Assembly (NCBI GenBank): GCA_029555085.1
Contig: JAKPTO010000013.1
Span: forward strand, 1 to 41,263
Length of the DNA stretch: 41,263 bases
From: a bacterium
GTDB taxonomy: Bacteria; Patescibacteriota; Patescibacteriia; UBA1558; S5-K13
Reading direction: 5' to 3'
The stretch's first letter is position 1. Every line of letters starts with the position of its first letter. Both the position numbers and the translations under genes were made by a program. Under the pieces are notes generated by a model. It saw nothing but the letters and a program-made list of their open reading frames with translations, made no database searches and was not told the origin of the DNA. Of the stretch, positions 8,365 through 19,982 are shown one piece after another.

Positions 8365-8385
8365 TCTTTATGAAAATGTATATAA

Positions 8386-8447
8386 AGTAATTAAATAGTG
8401 AAACAGAGACTCCCTTCTGAAAGGGTGTGTTTTCTTATTTATTTACT
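8386..8447 (+). promoter_or_regulatory. Long hairpin in the rpoB leader
   Basis: Nested pairings AGTAA/TTACT, TAAATA/TATTTA, GAAAC/GTTTT and core CCCTT-CTGA-AAGGG. Confidence 0.5.
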
Positions 8448-8642
8448 ATAAAAATCCCTATTTTAAGGCAAAAATTTAAAATCAAAATAGAAAAAATATT
8501 GACTTTAATTATAAAATAGATCCCAAAACAAACATTCTTAAAAGTAATTAATTTTTTGATATTATTTACATAATAAAAATTTTAACAAGTTGTAATTATA
8601 TAATGAGACAAAACTTTATTAAAATTTATAAGAATTAAATAT

Positions 8643-8672
8643 AGGCAAATGCTTTTTAGTATTTGCTTTTTT
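8643..8672 (+). terminator. Terminator/attenuator in the rpoB leader
   Basis: AGGCAAATGCT-TTTT-AGTATTTGCTT followed by further Ts, 75 nt before the rpoB ATG. Confidence 0.6.
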
Positions 8673-8676
8673 GTTT

Positions 8677-8726
8677 ATCCTGCCTCTATATGATTTATAT
8701 TGTTGCGGGATCCTGCTTTGCGGGGT
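8677..8726 (+). repeat. GC-rich tandem palindromic (REP-like) element
   Basis: ATCCTGC (8677-8683)...GCGGGAT (8705-8711) overlaps ATCCTGC-TTT-GCGGGGT (8710-8726) in otherwise very AT-rich DNA. Confidence 0.45.
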
Positions 8727-8747
8727 TAATATTTTTAAAATAACAAT

Positions 8748-11700
8748 ATGGCGAAAAAGACTAATAGAAAATATTTTACACAGTCAATGAATGCAATACC
8801 ACTTTTAGATTTAATTGAGATACAGAAAGAATCTTATTTATGGTTTTTTAAAAAAGGATTAAAGGAATTGTTTGAGGAGATTTCTCCTATTAGAGATTTT
8901 TCGGGACGTGATTTGGAGTTGTATTTTTTAGATTATAGATTGGAAGACCCAAAGTTTGATGAAGTTTACGCAAGAGAAAGAAATACAACTTATGAAGCAC
9001 CTCTTAGAGTTAAAACAAAATTAAAAAATACAAGAACAGGAGAAAGCAAAGAACAGGAAATATATTTAGGAGACTTTCCGCTCATGACAGATAAGGGAAC
9101 TTTTATTATAAATGGAGTAGAACGCGTGGTTGTATCTCAACTTGTGAGAAGCGCTGGTGCTTTTTTTACATCCCAGAACTATTTAGGTAGAAATTATTAT
9201 GGGGCAAAAATTATTCCAAATCGCGGAGCTTGGCTTGAAATAGAAACAGATCCAAAGAAAAAGGTTTTATATGTTTCTATAGATAGAAAAAGAAAAGTTG
9301 CAGTTACATCACTACTTAGAGCATTTGGTTATTCAGAGGAAAAAGAAATAATTGATTTATTTAAAGATATAGATAATCATCCAGAAGTAAGTTTTATAAA
9401 AAATACAATTGAGAAGGATTTAGCAAAAAATCAAGATGAAGGTCTAATAGAGGTTTATAAAAGAATAAGACCAGGTGATTTAGCAACAGCTGATAATGCT
9501 AAATCACTTATTTTTTCAATGTTTTTTGATTTTAATAGATATGATTTAGCAACTGTTGGTCGTTATAAATTAAATAAAAGATTCAACAGAGATTATCCAA
9601 TAACAAATGAAAATAGAACATTGAAAAAAGAAGATTTAATAGATGTTGTAAGAGAAATTATAAGATTAAATTTAACTCAGGAAGCAGCCGATGATATTGA
9701 TCATTTGGGAAATAGACGCGTAAGAGCAGTTGGCGAGCTAATTCAAAATAGATTTAGAATTGGACTCGCAAGAATGGAAAGAATTATAAAAGACAGAATG
9801 TCTACAGCTGATATTGAAACCCTTACACCAAACTTACTTATAAATGCAAAACCAGTTATTGGTGCAATTAGAGAATTTTTTATGTCATCTCAACTTTCAC
9901 AATTTATGGATCAGATAAACCCACTTGCAGAATTAGAACACAAGAGAAGATTATCAGCGCTTGGTCCAGGTGGACTTTCAAGAGAAAGAGCTGGATTTGA
10001 AGTTAGAGATGTGCATCGTAGCCACTATGGAAGAATTTGTCCTATTCAAACACCTGAGGGACCAAATATTGGTCTTGTTGGACATCTAGCTTCTTATGCG
10101 CGAATAAATGAATATGGATTTATTGAAACACCATTTAGAAAAGTAATTCATGATGTAAAAGTTAGCGACACCGAATATTTAATTGGAGAAACAACAAGAT
10201 CTGATGTTTTAGATCCAAAAAATAAAAAAATTATTTTAAAAAAGGGAACAAAAATCGATAATAAAATAGTAAAAGAACTTTCCAAATATAACGATCTAAT
10301 CATTCCTATTATTCCAAGAGTTACAGATGAAATAATTTACATTGATGCATTTGAGGAGGAAAAAGGAACAACAACTGCCGCAACAACTCCAATTGATAAA
10401 GATGGATATTTTATAAACGAACAATCAGAAATGAGAATACATGGGCAACCTTCTTTTGATGATGTGTCTCGTATTGATTATATGGATGTTGCGCCAAATC
10501 AAATTATTTCAATTGCAACATCGCTTATTCCATTTTTAGAACATGATGATGCTGTTCGTGCTCTTATGGGATCAAATATGCAGAGACAAGCAGTTTCACT
10601 TATTCATCCAGAGGCCCCAATTATTGGAACTGGTGTCGAGAGACATGCGGCTGAAGACAGTGGTCAGGTTGTAAGAGCTAAACAAGACGGAAAAGTTAAA
10701 TTAGTTCAATCAGATCAAATAATTATTCAAGGGAAAGATGGAGCAGAATATTGTTATAATTTATCAAAGTTTGCAAGATCCAATGCCTCAACTTGTATGA
10801 ATCAACATCCCATAGTAGATAAAGGTGAAGATGTAAAAAAGGGAGATGTTATAGCAGACGGAGCCGCAATTGATAATGGAGAGTTAGCTCTTGGAAAGAA
10901 TGTTTTGGTTGCATACATGCCTTGGGAAGGTGGAAACTTTGAGGACGCTGTACTTATTTCACAAAGATTAGTGAAAGATGATTTATATACATCAATTCAT
11001 ATTGAAAATTATTCAATAGAAGTTAGGGAAACAAAACTTGGGCCAGAAGTTGTAACTCGAGATATTCCAAATATTGGAGAGGAGAGATTAAAAAATCTTG
11101 ACAGAGATGGAATTATAAGAATTGGAGCAACAGTTAAATCCGGAGATATATTAATTGGAAAAATTACACCAAAAGGAGAAACAGAATTATCAGCTGAGGA
11201 AAAATTACTTAGAGCAATTTTTGGTGAAAAAGCAAAGGATGTAAAAGATTCGTCTTTGTATCTTGAACATGGGGAAAATGGAAAAGTTGTTGATATAAAA
11301 TATTTTACAAGAAAGAATGGAGACAAGCTCCCAGCAGGAGTAATTCAGACAATTCAAGTTTCAGTTGCTCAACTTAGAAAGGTTCAGATAGGAGATAAGA
11401 TGGCTGGACGTCACGGAAATAAGGGAGTCATATCAAGAATTATTCCTGAAGAAGATATGCCATTTATGGAAGATGGTACTCCTGTTGATATGATTTTAAA
11501 TCCACTCGGAATAATTTCTCGTATGAATTTGGGGCAAGTTTTGGAAAATCATTTGGGTTTAGCTGCAAAGAAATTGGGATATAAAGTGGCTACACCATCT
11601 CTAAACGGAGTAACGATAGAACAGATAAAAGAAGAACTTAATAAAGCGCAAATGCCAGAAAATGGTAAGGTCCAATTGTATGATGGAAAAACAGGTGAGC

Positions 11701-12200
11701 CATTTGACAATAAAACAACAGTCGGAATTTCATATATGTTAAAACTTAATCACTTAGTTGAAGACAAAATTCACGCAAGATCAATTGGCCCATACTCGCT
11801 TATTACACAACAACCACTTGGTGGAAAAGCGCAATTTGGAGGTCAACGTTTTGGAGAAATGGAGGTTTGGGCACTTGAAGCATATGGCGCAGCACATATA
11901 TTACAAGAAATTCTTACAATAAAATCAGATGATGTAAATGGAAGAAGTAGAGCTTATGAAGCAATTATTAAATGTGAGGAAATTGAAAAAGTAAGCGTTC
12001 CAGAATCATTTAATGTATTAATAAACGAATTAAAAGCTCTCGGTATAAATGTTGAGATGTTAAACAACAATGAAGTTGTAAAAATTTCTGACAGAGAAGA
12101 AACAAAAGAACAAGAAGAAAAACAAGAGGAGCAAGAGGAAGAAGAAAATCGCGAAGTAGAGAAATTAAAACAACAAGAAACAAAAGCAGAAACAGAATAA
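8748..12200 (+). CDS. rpoB: DNA-directed RNA polymerase beta subunit
   Basis: [52 protein letters not shown]. Confidence 0.99.
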   Translation: MAKKTNRKYFTQSMNAIPLLDLIEIQKESYLWFFKKGLKELFEEISPIRDFSGRDLELYFLDYRLEDPKFDEVYARERNTTYEAPLRVKTKLKNTRTGESKEQEIYLGDFPLMTDKGTFIINGVERVVVSQLVRSAGAFFTSQNYLGRNYYGAKIIPNRGAWLEIETDPKKKVLYVSIDRKRKVAVTSLLRAFGYSEEKEIIDLFKDIDNHPEVSFIKNTIEKDLAKNQDEGLIEVYKRIRPGDLATADNAKSLIFSMFFDFNRYDLATVGRYKLNKRFNRDYPITNENRTLKKEDLIDVVREIIRLNLTQEAADDIDHLGNRRVRAVGELIQNRFRIGLARMERIIKDRMSTADIETLTPNLLINAKPVIGAIREFFMSSQLSQFMDQINPLAELEHKRRLSALGPGGLSRERAGFEVRDVHRSHYGRICPIQTPEGPNIGLVGHLASYARINEYGFIETPFRKVIHDVKVSDTEYLIGETTRSDVLDPKNKKIILKKGTKIDNKIVKELSKYNDLIIPIIPRVTDEIIYIDAFEEEKGTTTAATTPIDKDGYFINEQSEMRIHGQPSFDDVSRIDYMDVAPNQIISIATSLIPFLEHDDAVRALMGSNMQRQAVSLIHPEAPIIGTGVERHAAEDSGQVVRAKQDGKVKLVQSDQIIIQGKDGAEYCYNLSKFARSNASTCMNQHPIVDKGEDVKKGDVIADGAAIDNGELALGKNVLVAYMPWEGGNFEDAVLISQRLVKDDLYTSIHIENYSIEVRETKLGPEVVTRDIPNIGEERLKNLDRDGIIRIGATVKSGDILIGKITPKGETELSAEEKLLRAIFGEKAKDVKDSSLYLEHGENGKVVDIKYFTRKNGDKLPAGVIQTIQVSVAQLRKVQIGDKMAGRHGNKGVISRIIPEEDMPFMEDGTPVDMILNPLGIISRMNLGQVLENHLGLAAKKLGYKVATPSLNGVTIEQIKEELNKAQMPENGKVQLYDGKTGEPFDNKTTVGISYMLKLNHLVEDKIHARSIGPYSLITQQPLGGKAQFGGQRFGEMEVWALEAYGAAHILQEILTIKSDDVNGRSRAYEAIIKCEEIEKVSVPESFNVLINELKALGINVEMLNNNEVVKISDREETKEQEEKQEEQEEEENREVEKLKQQETKAETE

Positions 12201-12241
12201 ATAATTTTATAATTTTTTAATATTTTAATTTTAACAATATT

Positions 12242-15200
12242 ATGGCTACTCCCTCATCAACAAAAACAACTATAGTGCCAGGTGATTCAGGAATAAAACT
12301 ACCTCAGTTTGATTCAATAAAAATTACACTGGCTTCACCAGATCAAATAAAGCAATGGTCTCATGGAGAGGTTTTAAAACCAGAGACGATTAATTATAGA
12401 ACACAAAAACCAGAAAAAGACGGATTATTTTGTGAAAAAATATTTGGTCCAACTAAGGACTGGGAATGTTATTGTGGAAAATATAAAAGAATAAGGTACA
12501 GAGGAATTGTTTGTGACAAATGTGGTGTTGAGGTTACGAGAAAAAATGTAAGACGTGAAAGGTTTGGACATATTGAGCTTTCAGCGCCAGTTTCTCATAT
12601 TTGGTTTTTACGCGGTGTTCCTTCAAGAATTGGAATAGTTCTTGATTTATCAATTCAACAACTTGAAAGAGTTGTCTATTTTGCAAATTTTATTATTACT
12701 GAAGTAGATGAAGAATTAAAGAAAGAAACATTACTCCAAATAAATCAAGAATTAAAACAAAAAACCAAAACAATTACTAAAAAATGTGAAACAGATATTT
12801 TAGAGATTGATCAAAAATTGGAAGAAGCCAGTAGCTCAAAAGACACAAAATTAATTGAAAAATTAAATAAAGACAAGGAGAACATTTTAGCTGTACACGA
12901 TAAAGAACTCGCAAAATTAAACGATGCTGGTGAGTTAGCGAAAAAAGAATTGAAACAAATAAAAGTAATGAGAATTATCTCAGAAAGTAAATATAGAGAA
13001 TTGTCATTAAGGTATGGACATGTATTTACAGCAGACATCGGGGCAGAGGCCATCAGAAAATTACTTCAAAAAATTAATTTAGAAGAGTTACTTCAAGATA
13101 TAAATGAAAAGGCAAAATCAGCTCCAGCTTCAAAACAGAAAAAATTAGTAAGACGCGCAAGATTAATCCAAAATTTTATAAAAAATAATATTAGACCAGA
13201 GTGGATGATACTTACATCTATTCCTGTTATTCCTCCAGATTTAAGACCAATGGTTCAGCTTGATGGTGGAAGATTTGCAACATCTGATTTAAATGATTTA
13301 TACAGAAGAGTTATAAATAGAAATAATAGATTAAAAAGATTAAGAGATTTAAATGCGCCTGAGGTAATACTTAGAAATGAAAAAAGAATGTTGCAAGAAG
13401 CAGTTGACGCTTTAATTGATAATAATGCAAGACATGGGAAAACAGTTACCGCCTCAACTGGACAAAAAAGAATGCTTAAATCTCTCGCGGATATGTTAAA
13501 AGGAAAACAAGGAAGATTTAGAAGAAATTTATTAGGCAAGAGGGTTGATTATTCTGGTCGCTCGGTAATTGTTGTCGGGCCAGATTTGAAATTGCACGAA
13601 TGTGGTCTTCCAAAAATAATGGCACTTGAACTTTTTAAACCATTTGTAATTGCAAAATTAATACAAAGAGAAATTGTTCATAATGTAAGAAGCGCAAAAA
13701 GATATATTGATATGGGATATGATGAGGTTTGGGATATTTTAGAGGAAATTACAACAGATGCATACGTGCTTTTAAATAGAGCTCCAACTCTTCATAGATT
13801 AGGTATTCAGGCATTTAAACCAAAATTAATTGAAGGAAAAGCTATTAGAATTCATCCAATGGTTTGTACTGCTTTTAATGCTGATTTTGACGGAGATCAA
13901 ATGGCTGTTCATGTTCCGCTATCTAAGGAAGCGATATATGAAGCTTCTGAAATAATGCTTTCATCAAAGAATTTATTAAAACCAGCAACAGGGGATCCTA
14001 TTATTACCCCAACGCAAGATATGGTTTGGGGAGGAAATTATTTGACATGTATACCAGAAGAAGACCTAGAGGACGATAAGATAAAAACCTTTGCAGACAA
14101 AGAAGAAGCTCAAACAGCTTATGATTTAGGAAAAATTGGATTAAGAGAATTGATAAAAGTTAGAATGAAAGATGGAATTATAAAAACATCTGTTGGTAGA
14201 ATTATATTTAATAAAATTTTACCTGAGAAGTTAAGATTTTTTAATAGCGAAACGCAATCAGGAACATTGAAAGATTTAGTTGCAAAAACACTTGAAATAT
14301 ATGGCGATGAAAAAACAATTGAATTTTTAGATAGGCTTAAAAAATTAACACTTAAATTTATTACAAAGTCTGGTTTGTCTTGGAGTATGTTAGACATCCC
14401 AGTTTTAGAGGATAAAAAAGAAATAATAGAAAATGCAAATAAAGAAGTTATGAAAATTCAGGAATTATATGAGGATGGATTTTTAACAAACAGAGAAAGA
14501 TACGTAAAGGTGGTGGAAATTTGGACCGGAGTAAAGAATTTAATTACTGAAAAAGGAAAGGGAGTTTTTTATAAGGACAATTCAATATATTCAATGATTA
14601 ACTCAGGAGCTAGAGGTTCTTGGAGTCAAATGATTCAAATTATGGGTATGAAGGGTCTTGTAATTAATCCAGCTGGTGAGATTATAGAACTTCCAGTTAA
14701 AGCAAATTTTAATGAAGGACTTGATGTTTTAGAGTTCTTTATATCAACTCACGGTACTAGAAAGGGACTTTCAGATACAGCTCTAAGAACTGCTAGTGCA
14801 GGATATTTAACAAGAAGATTGGTGGATGTTTGTCAGGACATTTTAATTTTAGAAGAAGACTGTAAGGATAAGGAAGGAAGAATAATTACAAAAGAAGAAT
14901 CAGAAGACATGGGAAAAACACTTGGTCAGAGAGTGCTTGGCAGAACAACAATTGACGAAATAAAAAACCCAGAAACCAAAGAAGTAATAGTTAAAAAAGA
15001 CACAATTATAGATAAACAGACGTCAGTATTAATTGATAAATTGGGAATAAATGAAGTAAAAATAAGATCCTTATTTACTTGCAAGGCAATAAATGGTGTT
15101 TGTCAAAAGTGCTATGGTTGGGATTTGGGACAAAATAAGTTGGTCAAAAAAGGAACAGCAGTTGGAATTATCGCAGCTCAATCAATCGGTGAGCCAGGAA

Positions 15201-16141
15201 CTCAACTTACAATGAGAACTTTTCATACCGGAGGTATTGCTGGTGGGGATATTACGCAAGGTTTACCAAGAGTTGAAGAAATTTTTGAAGTTAGAACTCC
15301 AAAGATGCAAGCTGTGATAAGTGAAGTTTCTGGAAAAGTAAAAATAACAGATGTTGAAGCGGATGGAAAAAAGAAATCAAAATTAATACAAATATTTTCA
15401 GAGGAAAATGTATTAGAAACATACGAAGTTCCAGAAGGAGCAAAATTATTAGTTGAGGATAAAAAGAATATAAAGAAAAAACAAGAACTTTATGAAGTGG
15501 ATGGTGAGAAGGTAAAATCTCTAAACGAGGGAATTGTTAATATCAAGAAAGGAAAAGTAATCGAGATAATTGCGACAAAGCCAATAGTCGCAGAATACAT
15601 TGTTCCGAATGAAATTAATATTTGGGTAAAAGATGGTGAAATAGTTCCAGAAGGAACACAATTAACCGAGGGAAGTATTAATTTGAAAAAATTATACAAA
15701 ATAAAGGGAGAAGAGGAAGTTCAAAAATATATTATAAAAGAAATCCAGCGTATTTATTCTTCTCAAGGACAAAAATTAAATGATAAACATATTGAACTTG
15801 TATGTAAGCAATTGTTTTCAAGAGTATATGTTGATGATTCTGGAGATACTGATTTTGTTCCAGGTGAAATTATTACAAAAGCGCAATTCGCTATATCAAA
15901 CAAAGAAATGAAAGAAGCTGGTAAAAAACAATTAAAAGGCAGAGTACTTTTACTTGGTATGACAAAAGCATCTCTTACATCTGATTCATTTTTGTCAGCA
16001 GCATCATTCCAGGAAACAGCAAGGGTATTAATAGGTGGTTCTCTAAAAGGACAAGTGGATCATTTAAGAGGATTAAAAGAAAATGTAATTATCGGAAGAT
16101 TAATTCCAGCCGGGACAGGTTATGGACTAAAAGAAGAATAG
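12242..16141 (+). CDS. rpoC: DNA-directed RNA polymerase beta' subunit
   Basis: Zn finger CYCGKYK...CDKC, NADFDGD active site, [35 protein letters not shown]. Confidence 0.99.
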   Translation: MATPSSTKTTIVPGDSGIKLPQFDSIKITLASPDQIKQWSHGEVLKPETINYRTQKPEKDGLFCEKIFGPTKDWECYCGKYKRIRYRGIVCDKCGVEVTRKNVRRERFGHIELSAPVSHIWFLRGVPSRIGIVLDLSIQQLERVVYFANFIITEVDEELKKETLLQINQELKQKTKTITKKCETDILEIDQKLEEASSSKDTKLIEKLNKDKENILAVHDKELAKLNDAGELAKKELKQIKVMRIISESKYRELSLRYGHVFTADIGAEAIRKLLQKINLEELLQDINEKAKSAPASKQKKLVRRARLIQNFIKNNIRPEWMILTSIPVIPPDLRPMVQLDGGRFATSDLNDLYRRVINRNNRLKRLRDLNAPEVILRNEKRMLQEAVDALIDNNARHGKTVTASTGQKRMLKSLADMLKGKQGRFRRNLLGKRVDYSGRSVIVVGPDLKLHECGLPKIMALELFKPFVIAKLIQREIVHNVRSAKRYIDMGYDEVWDILEEITTDAYVLLNRAPTLHRLGIQAFKPKLIEGKAIRIHPMVCTAFNADFDGDQMAVHVPLSKEAIYEASEIMLSSKNLLKPATGDPIITPTQDMVWGGNYLTCIPEEDLEDDKIKTFADKEEAQTAYDLGKIGLRELIKVRMKDGIIKTSVGRIIFNKILPEKLRFFNSETQSGTLKDLVAKTLEIYGDEKTIEFLDRLKKLTLKFITKSGLSWSMLDIPVLEDKKEIIENANKEVMKIQELYEDGFLTNRERYVKVVEIWTGVKNLITEKGKGVFYKDNSIYSMINSGARGSWSQMIQIMGMKGLVINPAGEIIELPVKANFNEGLDVLEFFISTHGTRKGLSDTALRTASAGYLTRRLVDVCQDILILEEDCKDKEGRIITKEESEDMGKTLGQRVLGRTTIDEIKNPETKEVIVKKDTIIDKQTSVLIDKLGINEVKIRSLFTCKAINGVCQKCYGWDLGQNKLVKKGTAVGIIAAQSIGEPGTQLTMRTFHTGGIAGGDITQGLPRVEEIFEVRTPKMQAVISEVSGKVKITDVEADGKKKSKLIQIFSEENVLETYEVPEGAKLLVEDKKNIKKKQELYEVDGEKVKSLNEGIVNIKKGKVIEIIATKPIVAEYIVPNEINIWVKDGEIVPEGTQLTEGSINLKKLYKIKGEEEVQKYIIKEIQRIYSSQGQKLNDKHIELVCKQLFSRVYVDDSGDTDFVPGEIITKAQFAISNKEMKEAGKKQLKGRVLLLGMTKASLTSDSFLSAASFQETARVLIGGSLKGQVDHLRGLKENVIIGRLIPAGTGYGLKEE

Positions 16142-16159
16142 ATAGATTTTTGTATATAG

Positions 16160-16186
16160 AAACATCTCTCTTTTGAGGGATGTTTT
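16160..16186 (+). terminator. Intrinsic terminator after rpoC
   Basis: AAACATCTCTC-TTTT-GAGGGATGTTT followed by a T-rich tail. Confidence 0.75.
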
Positions 16187-16309
16187 GTTTTTGTTTTAAG
16201 TTCGTTGTGTTATAATAGTTTCTAATAAAGACGGATAAGTTCAAGATTGAAATAAACAAGAATATGAAAAAATTCAAAAGTGTTATTTATTAACTATTCT
16301 ATTAGAAAT

Positions 16310-16384
16310 GCGGGTGTCGTATAGTGGTTATTACGCCAGCTTCCCAAGCTGAAAACGGCGGTTCGATTCCGCTCATCCGCTCCA
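16310..16384 (+). tRNA. tRNA-Gly(CCC)
   Basis: GCGGGTG...CATCCGC-T-CCA acceptor stem, CAGC-TTCCCAA-GCTG anticodon arm, GGTTCGATTCC T-loop. Confidence 0.96.
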
Positions 16385-16387
16385 TTT

Positions 16388-16490
16388 AAAAGAACCTATT
16401 TTCATTGGGTTTTTTTGATGCTTCTAAATATAGGTTAGAATTGAAATATGTTTTTGTTAAGATTAATGATATAATTATTATACATAATTA
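16388..16490 (+). repeat. Paralogous terminator-spacer-promoter unit, copy 1
   Basis: AAAGAACC...GGGTTTTT hairpin, TATAGGTTAGA, TTTTTGTT and TGATATAATTATT occur in the same order as at 18440-18544. Confidence 0.55.
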
Positions 16491-16503
16491 ATATATAAAA
16501 AAT

Positions 16504-18354
16504 ATGAAAAAATTGAATATATTTTTGTTTTTTACAATTTTTGTAATTGTTTCATTTTGTTTTGTAAATAAATCTCTCGCCGATACAATTTTAACAGATG
16601 AGGATATTAGTAATTTATTAAATACTTTATTAAGTAGTAATGGACCCATTCTATCAATGATTGCGCAACCCGACGGAAAAATATTGTTAGGAAAAGATCC
16701 AGGCATATTAGATGTAGTAGATATGCTAGATGATGATGTAGATGATGATACTAGAAAAGATCTAATCGTAAGGTTGAATGCAGATGGCTCACCTGATACA
16801 AGTTTTAAACTACAAGGACTGTATGATTTTAAGGAGTATATTTTTGATTTAGCAATTCAACCAGATGGAAAAATAGTGGTAGTAGGGGATTTAGGTATTG
16901 ATAATGCATACGGTATTATGAGGTTGAATTCGGATGGTTCTTTGGATACCGATTTTAAACCCCAAACAGATATTTCTTATAGATTCATAAAAGCATTGTC
17001 TATACAACAAAATGGGAAAATAATAATAGGGGGAGATCTACCATGGCGTGGTATTGGTGGTATTGCAAGATTGAATACTGACGGCTCGTTTGATACAAGT
17101 TTTGATATTGGAACGGGAACAGATCATTCTGTCCTTGATTTAGCAATTCAACCAGATGGAAAAATAATTATTGGAGGTTATTTTGAACAATACAATGGTG
17201 TATCAAGAAGCGGTATTGCAAGATTGAATACTGACGGCTCGCTTGATACAAGTTTTAATGCACTTTTAGATAGAGACGAAAATATGTTGCGCGCAGGTGT
17301 TGAGCATATAGTTTTTGGCCCAGATGGAAAAATAATTATTGGAGGTTACTTTACAACATGTAGTGACATAGAGAGGAATAACATCGCAAGACTTAATTCA
17401 GATGGTTCGCTTGATACAAGTTTTGACCCCGGAGTTGATATAAATTTTAATTCTATAAAGGCGTTAGCTGTACAACAAGATGGAAGGGTAATAGTAACCG
17501 GGTATGATAATAAGAAAAATTTAGATTATATTATAAGACTTAATTCAGATGGTTCGCGTGATACAAATTTTGATTCAGGAATAATGGTTAATGGTGATAT
17601 TAATAGCCTAATTATTCAACCAGATGGAAAAATAATTATTGGAGGTGATTTTGTATTATATGGTTTTTCATTAGCAACAAAGTATCACTTCGCAAGACTT
17701 AATTCAGATGGTTCGCTTGATACAAGTTTTGGAATGGAAATGTTAGATGATCCAATTATTAGTACAGTAGCCCAATCAATAGAATCCTCAACAAGCAACG
17801 ATATAGTAACTCAATTAGCACCAACAAGACTAAAAGGACAATTATTATTAGCAGTAGAAGATAAAGGAAGAATATGGTATGTAAATCCAGATGATTCAAA
17901 AAGATATGAAGTAACATTTGCTAATGCGCTTCCTTTATTTGAAAAACTATCTTTAGGAATATCTAATAAAGATTTAAATCAAATATCAGAAACAAAATCA
18001 ACAACCTTAGGAAATAGACTAAAGGGAAAATTACTTCTACAAGTAGAAGATAGAGGAAGAATATGGTATATAGATTTAAAAGGTATGAAACACGAAGTAA
18101 CATGGGATAATTTAATGGATTTATTCACTAAACTTTCTCTTGGGATAACAAATAAGGATTTGAATAAAATTACTAAAGTTGATATTCAAATAGATGTTAG
18201 TTTAGATACAGATGGAGATGGTTTAACAGACACTCAAGAGGCAATATATGGGACAGATCCAAATAATCCAGATACAGATGGAGATGGATACTTAGATGGT
18301 GATGAAGTAAAACATGGTTATGATCCAACAATAGCAGGTGATGCGAGATTATAA
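16504..18354 (+). CDS. Secreted surface protein: delta-60 (DUF5122-type) beta-propeller, two [13 protein letters not shown] repeats and TSP3-like Ca-binding repeats
   Basis: Signal peptide; [10 protein letters not shown]...[14 protein letters not shown] repeats; RLKGxLLLxVEDxGRIWY twice; C-terminal DTDGDGL/DTDGDGY. Confidence 0.85.
   Translation: MKKLNIFLFFTIFVIVSFCFVNKSLADTILTDEDISNLLNTLLSSNGPILSMIAQPDGKILLGKDPGILDVVDMLDDDVDDDTRKDLIVRLNADGSPDTSFKLQGLYDFKEYIFDLAIQPDGKIVVVGDLGIDNAYGIMRLNSDGSLDTDFKPQTDISYRFIKALSIQQNGKIIIGGDLPWRGIGGIARLNTDGSFDTSFDIGTGTDHSVLDLAIQPDGKIIIGGYFEQYNGVSRSGIARLNTDGSLDTSFNALLDRDENMLRAGVEHIVFGPDGKIIIGGYFTTCSDIERNNIARLNSDGSLDTSFDPGVDINFNSIKALAVQQDGRVIVTGYDNKKNLDYIIRLNSDGSRDTNFDSGIMVNGDINSLIIQPDGKIIIGGDFVLYGFSLATKYHFARLNSDGSLDTSFGMEMLDDPIISTVAQSIESSTSNDIVTQLAPTRLKGQLLLAVEDKGRIWYVNPDDSKRYEVTFANALPLFEKLSLGISNKDLNQISETKSTTLGNRLKGKLLLQVEDRGRIWYIDLKGMKHEVTWDNLMDLFTKLSLGITNKDLNKITKVDIQIDVSLDTDGDGLTDTQEAIYGTDPNNPDTDGDGYLDGDEVKHGYDPTIAGDARL
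17829..18185 (+). repeat. 357-bp shared coding module, copy 1
   Basis: Aligns without gaps to 18652-19008 with 25 mismatches by hand count (about 93% identity). Confidence 0.95.
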
Positions 18355-18439
18355 ACACTAAAATAGAATAAGTTATTAAATAATTTTAATATTCTTTATA
18401 ATCATATTTTTAACCTCTATAACTAAGGAGTTTTAAATC

Positions 18440-18544
18440 AAAGAAAGCCCACTTCTGGCGGGTTTTTGGTATTTTTAGGTATGGGTTAGAGGGGGAATGG
18501 TTTTTGTTTTATTAAATTATTGATATAATTATTGTAATGATTAA
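18440..18544 (+). repeat. Paralogous terminator-spacer-promoter unit, copy 2
   Basis: AAAGAAAGCCC...GGGTTTTT hairpin (18444-18467), TATGGGTTAGA, TTTTTGTT, TGATATAATTATT (TATAAT at 18524-18529). Confidence 0.55.
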
Positions 18545-18562
18545 GAATTAAAATAGAATATT

Positions 18563-19666
18563 ATGAAAAAAATATTTATATGTATAATATTAGTATTGTT
18601 TAGTTTTAATTGTGCTATTGCAGCAAGTACAGATAATAATTTATCAAACAAACTAAAAGGACACTTGCTTCTACAAGTAGAAGACAAAGGAAGAATATGG
18701 TATGTAAATCCAGGTGATTTAAAAAGATATGAAGTAACATTTGCTAATGCACTTCCTTTATTTGAAAAACTATCTTTAGGAATATCCAATAAAGATTTAA
18801 ATCAAATATCAGAAACAAAATCAACAACCTTAGGAAATAGATTAAAAGGAAAATTACTTCTACAAGTAGAAGATAAAGGAAGAATATGGTATATAGATTT
18901 AAAGGGAATAAAACACGAAGTAACATGGGATAATTTAATGGATTTATTCACCAAACTTTCCCTTGGGATATCTAATAAAGATTTAAACAAAATTACTAAA
19001 GTTGATATCTTAAAAGTAGATAAAGAATATTTTTTGGTGACAAATGTAGTTGATGGTGATACTTTTGATATTGATATAAACGGAACAATAGAGAGAGTTA
19101 GGGCGATGGGCATTGATACACCAGAAACAAAGGACCCGCGTAAACCAGTGCAGTGCTTTGGTCAGGAAGCGTCTAATAAGGCCAAGGAGTTTTTATTGAA
19201 TAAAAAAGTTGTTTTAGAAAAAGATCAAACACAAGCTAAAGATAAATATGGTCGTTTATTACCATATATATTTTTAGGAGATGGGACCTTCTTTAATAAA
19301 TGGATGATTGAAAATGGTTATGCCTACGAATATACATATGATAATATTGCATACAAATATCAAAGCGAATTTAAAAACGCTCAGAAGTATGCAGAGGATA
19401 ATAAATTAGGATTGTGGTCTGACAACGCCTGTGGTGGTGATACTACAAAGTCAATTATTGTTCCAACGGATGTATCTAAGCCAATTATAACACCAGAGCA
19501 AAAACAAAATGCGGTGTGCGATTGCTCCTCTAATATATATAATTGTACAGATTTTAAAACTCAAGCAGAAGCTCAAGCCGTATATGAATGCTGTGGAGGC
19601 GTAAATAATGATATACATGGATTAGATGCGGATAGAAATGGTTGGGCATGTGAATCATTACCATAA
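18563..19666 (+). CDS. Secreted thermonuclease (SNase family) with two N-terminal [13 protein letters not shown] repeats and a C-terminal Excalibur-like Ca-binding domain
   Basis: Signal peptide; [29 protein letters not shown]; C-terminal NCTDF...[14 protein letters not shown]. Confidence 0.9.
   Translation: MKKIFICIILVLFSFNCAIAASTDNNLSNKLKGHLLLQVEDKGRIWYVNPGDLKRYEVTFANALPLFEKLSLGISNKDLNQISETKSTTLGNRLKGKLLLQVEDKGRIWYIDLKGIKHEVTWDNLMDLFTKLSLGISNKDLNKITKVDILKVDKEYFLVTNVVDGDTFDIDINGTIERVRAMGIDTPETKDPRKPVQCFGQEASNKAKEFLLNKKVVLEKDQTQAKDKYGRLLPYIFLGDGTFFNKWMIENGYAYEYTYDNIAYKYQSEFKNAQKYAEDNKLGLWSDNACGGDTTKSIIVPTDVSKPIITPEQKQNAVCDCSSNIYNCTDFKTQAEAQAVYECCGGVNNDIHGLDADRNGWACESLP
18652..19008 (+). repeat. 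357-bp shared coding module, copy 2
   Basis: About 93% identical to 17829-18185. Confidence 0.95.
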
Positions 19667-19982
19667 TTTACATTAAAAATATTGTGAAAAAATTTGTTAT
19701 TAATTTTTTAACAATTACTATTCTAGATCTCAAAATTAAAGAACCCACCCAAAAGAATCCATCTCTATTAATTTTTTGTTACATATAAACAGGGGTTTTG
19801 TTTTTTAAATAAATTTAAATAAAAATATTGTAAATAATAATTTTATATTATAAAAATAGAATTTTTAATTGGAATTTTTTTGGTGAGTAAGAAAAATGTA
19901 GTATTGACAAAATGTTAAATATTATACTAAAATTCTACATTAGTTAAGTAATTAACTGATAATAAATAATCCAGGAGGATTT

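Noticed and set aside
16846-17731. CRISPR-like array of 30-45 nt repeats
   Set aside because: The repeats are in-frame coding blades of one ORF, spacing is about 150 nt, and there are no cas genes.
17829-19008. Diversity-generating retroelement TR/VR pair
   Set aside because: The mismatches are not adenine-specific (many are C/T), are mostly synonymous, and no reverse transcriptase is present in the window.
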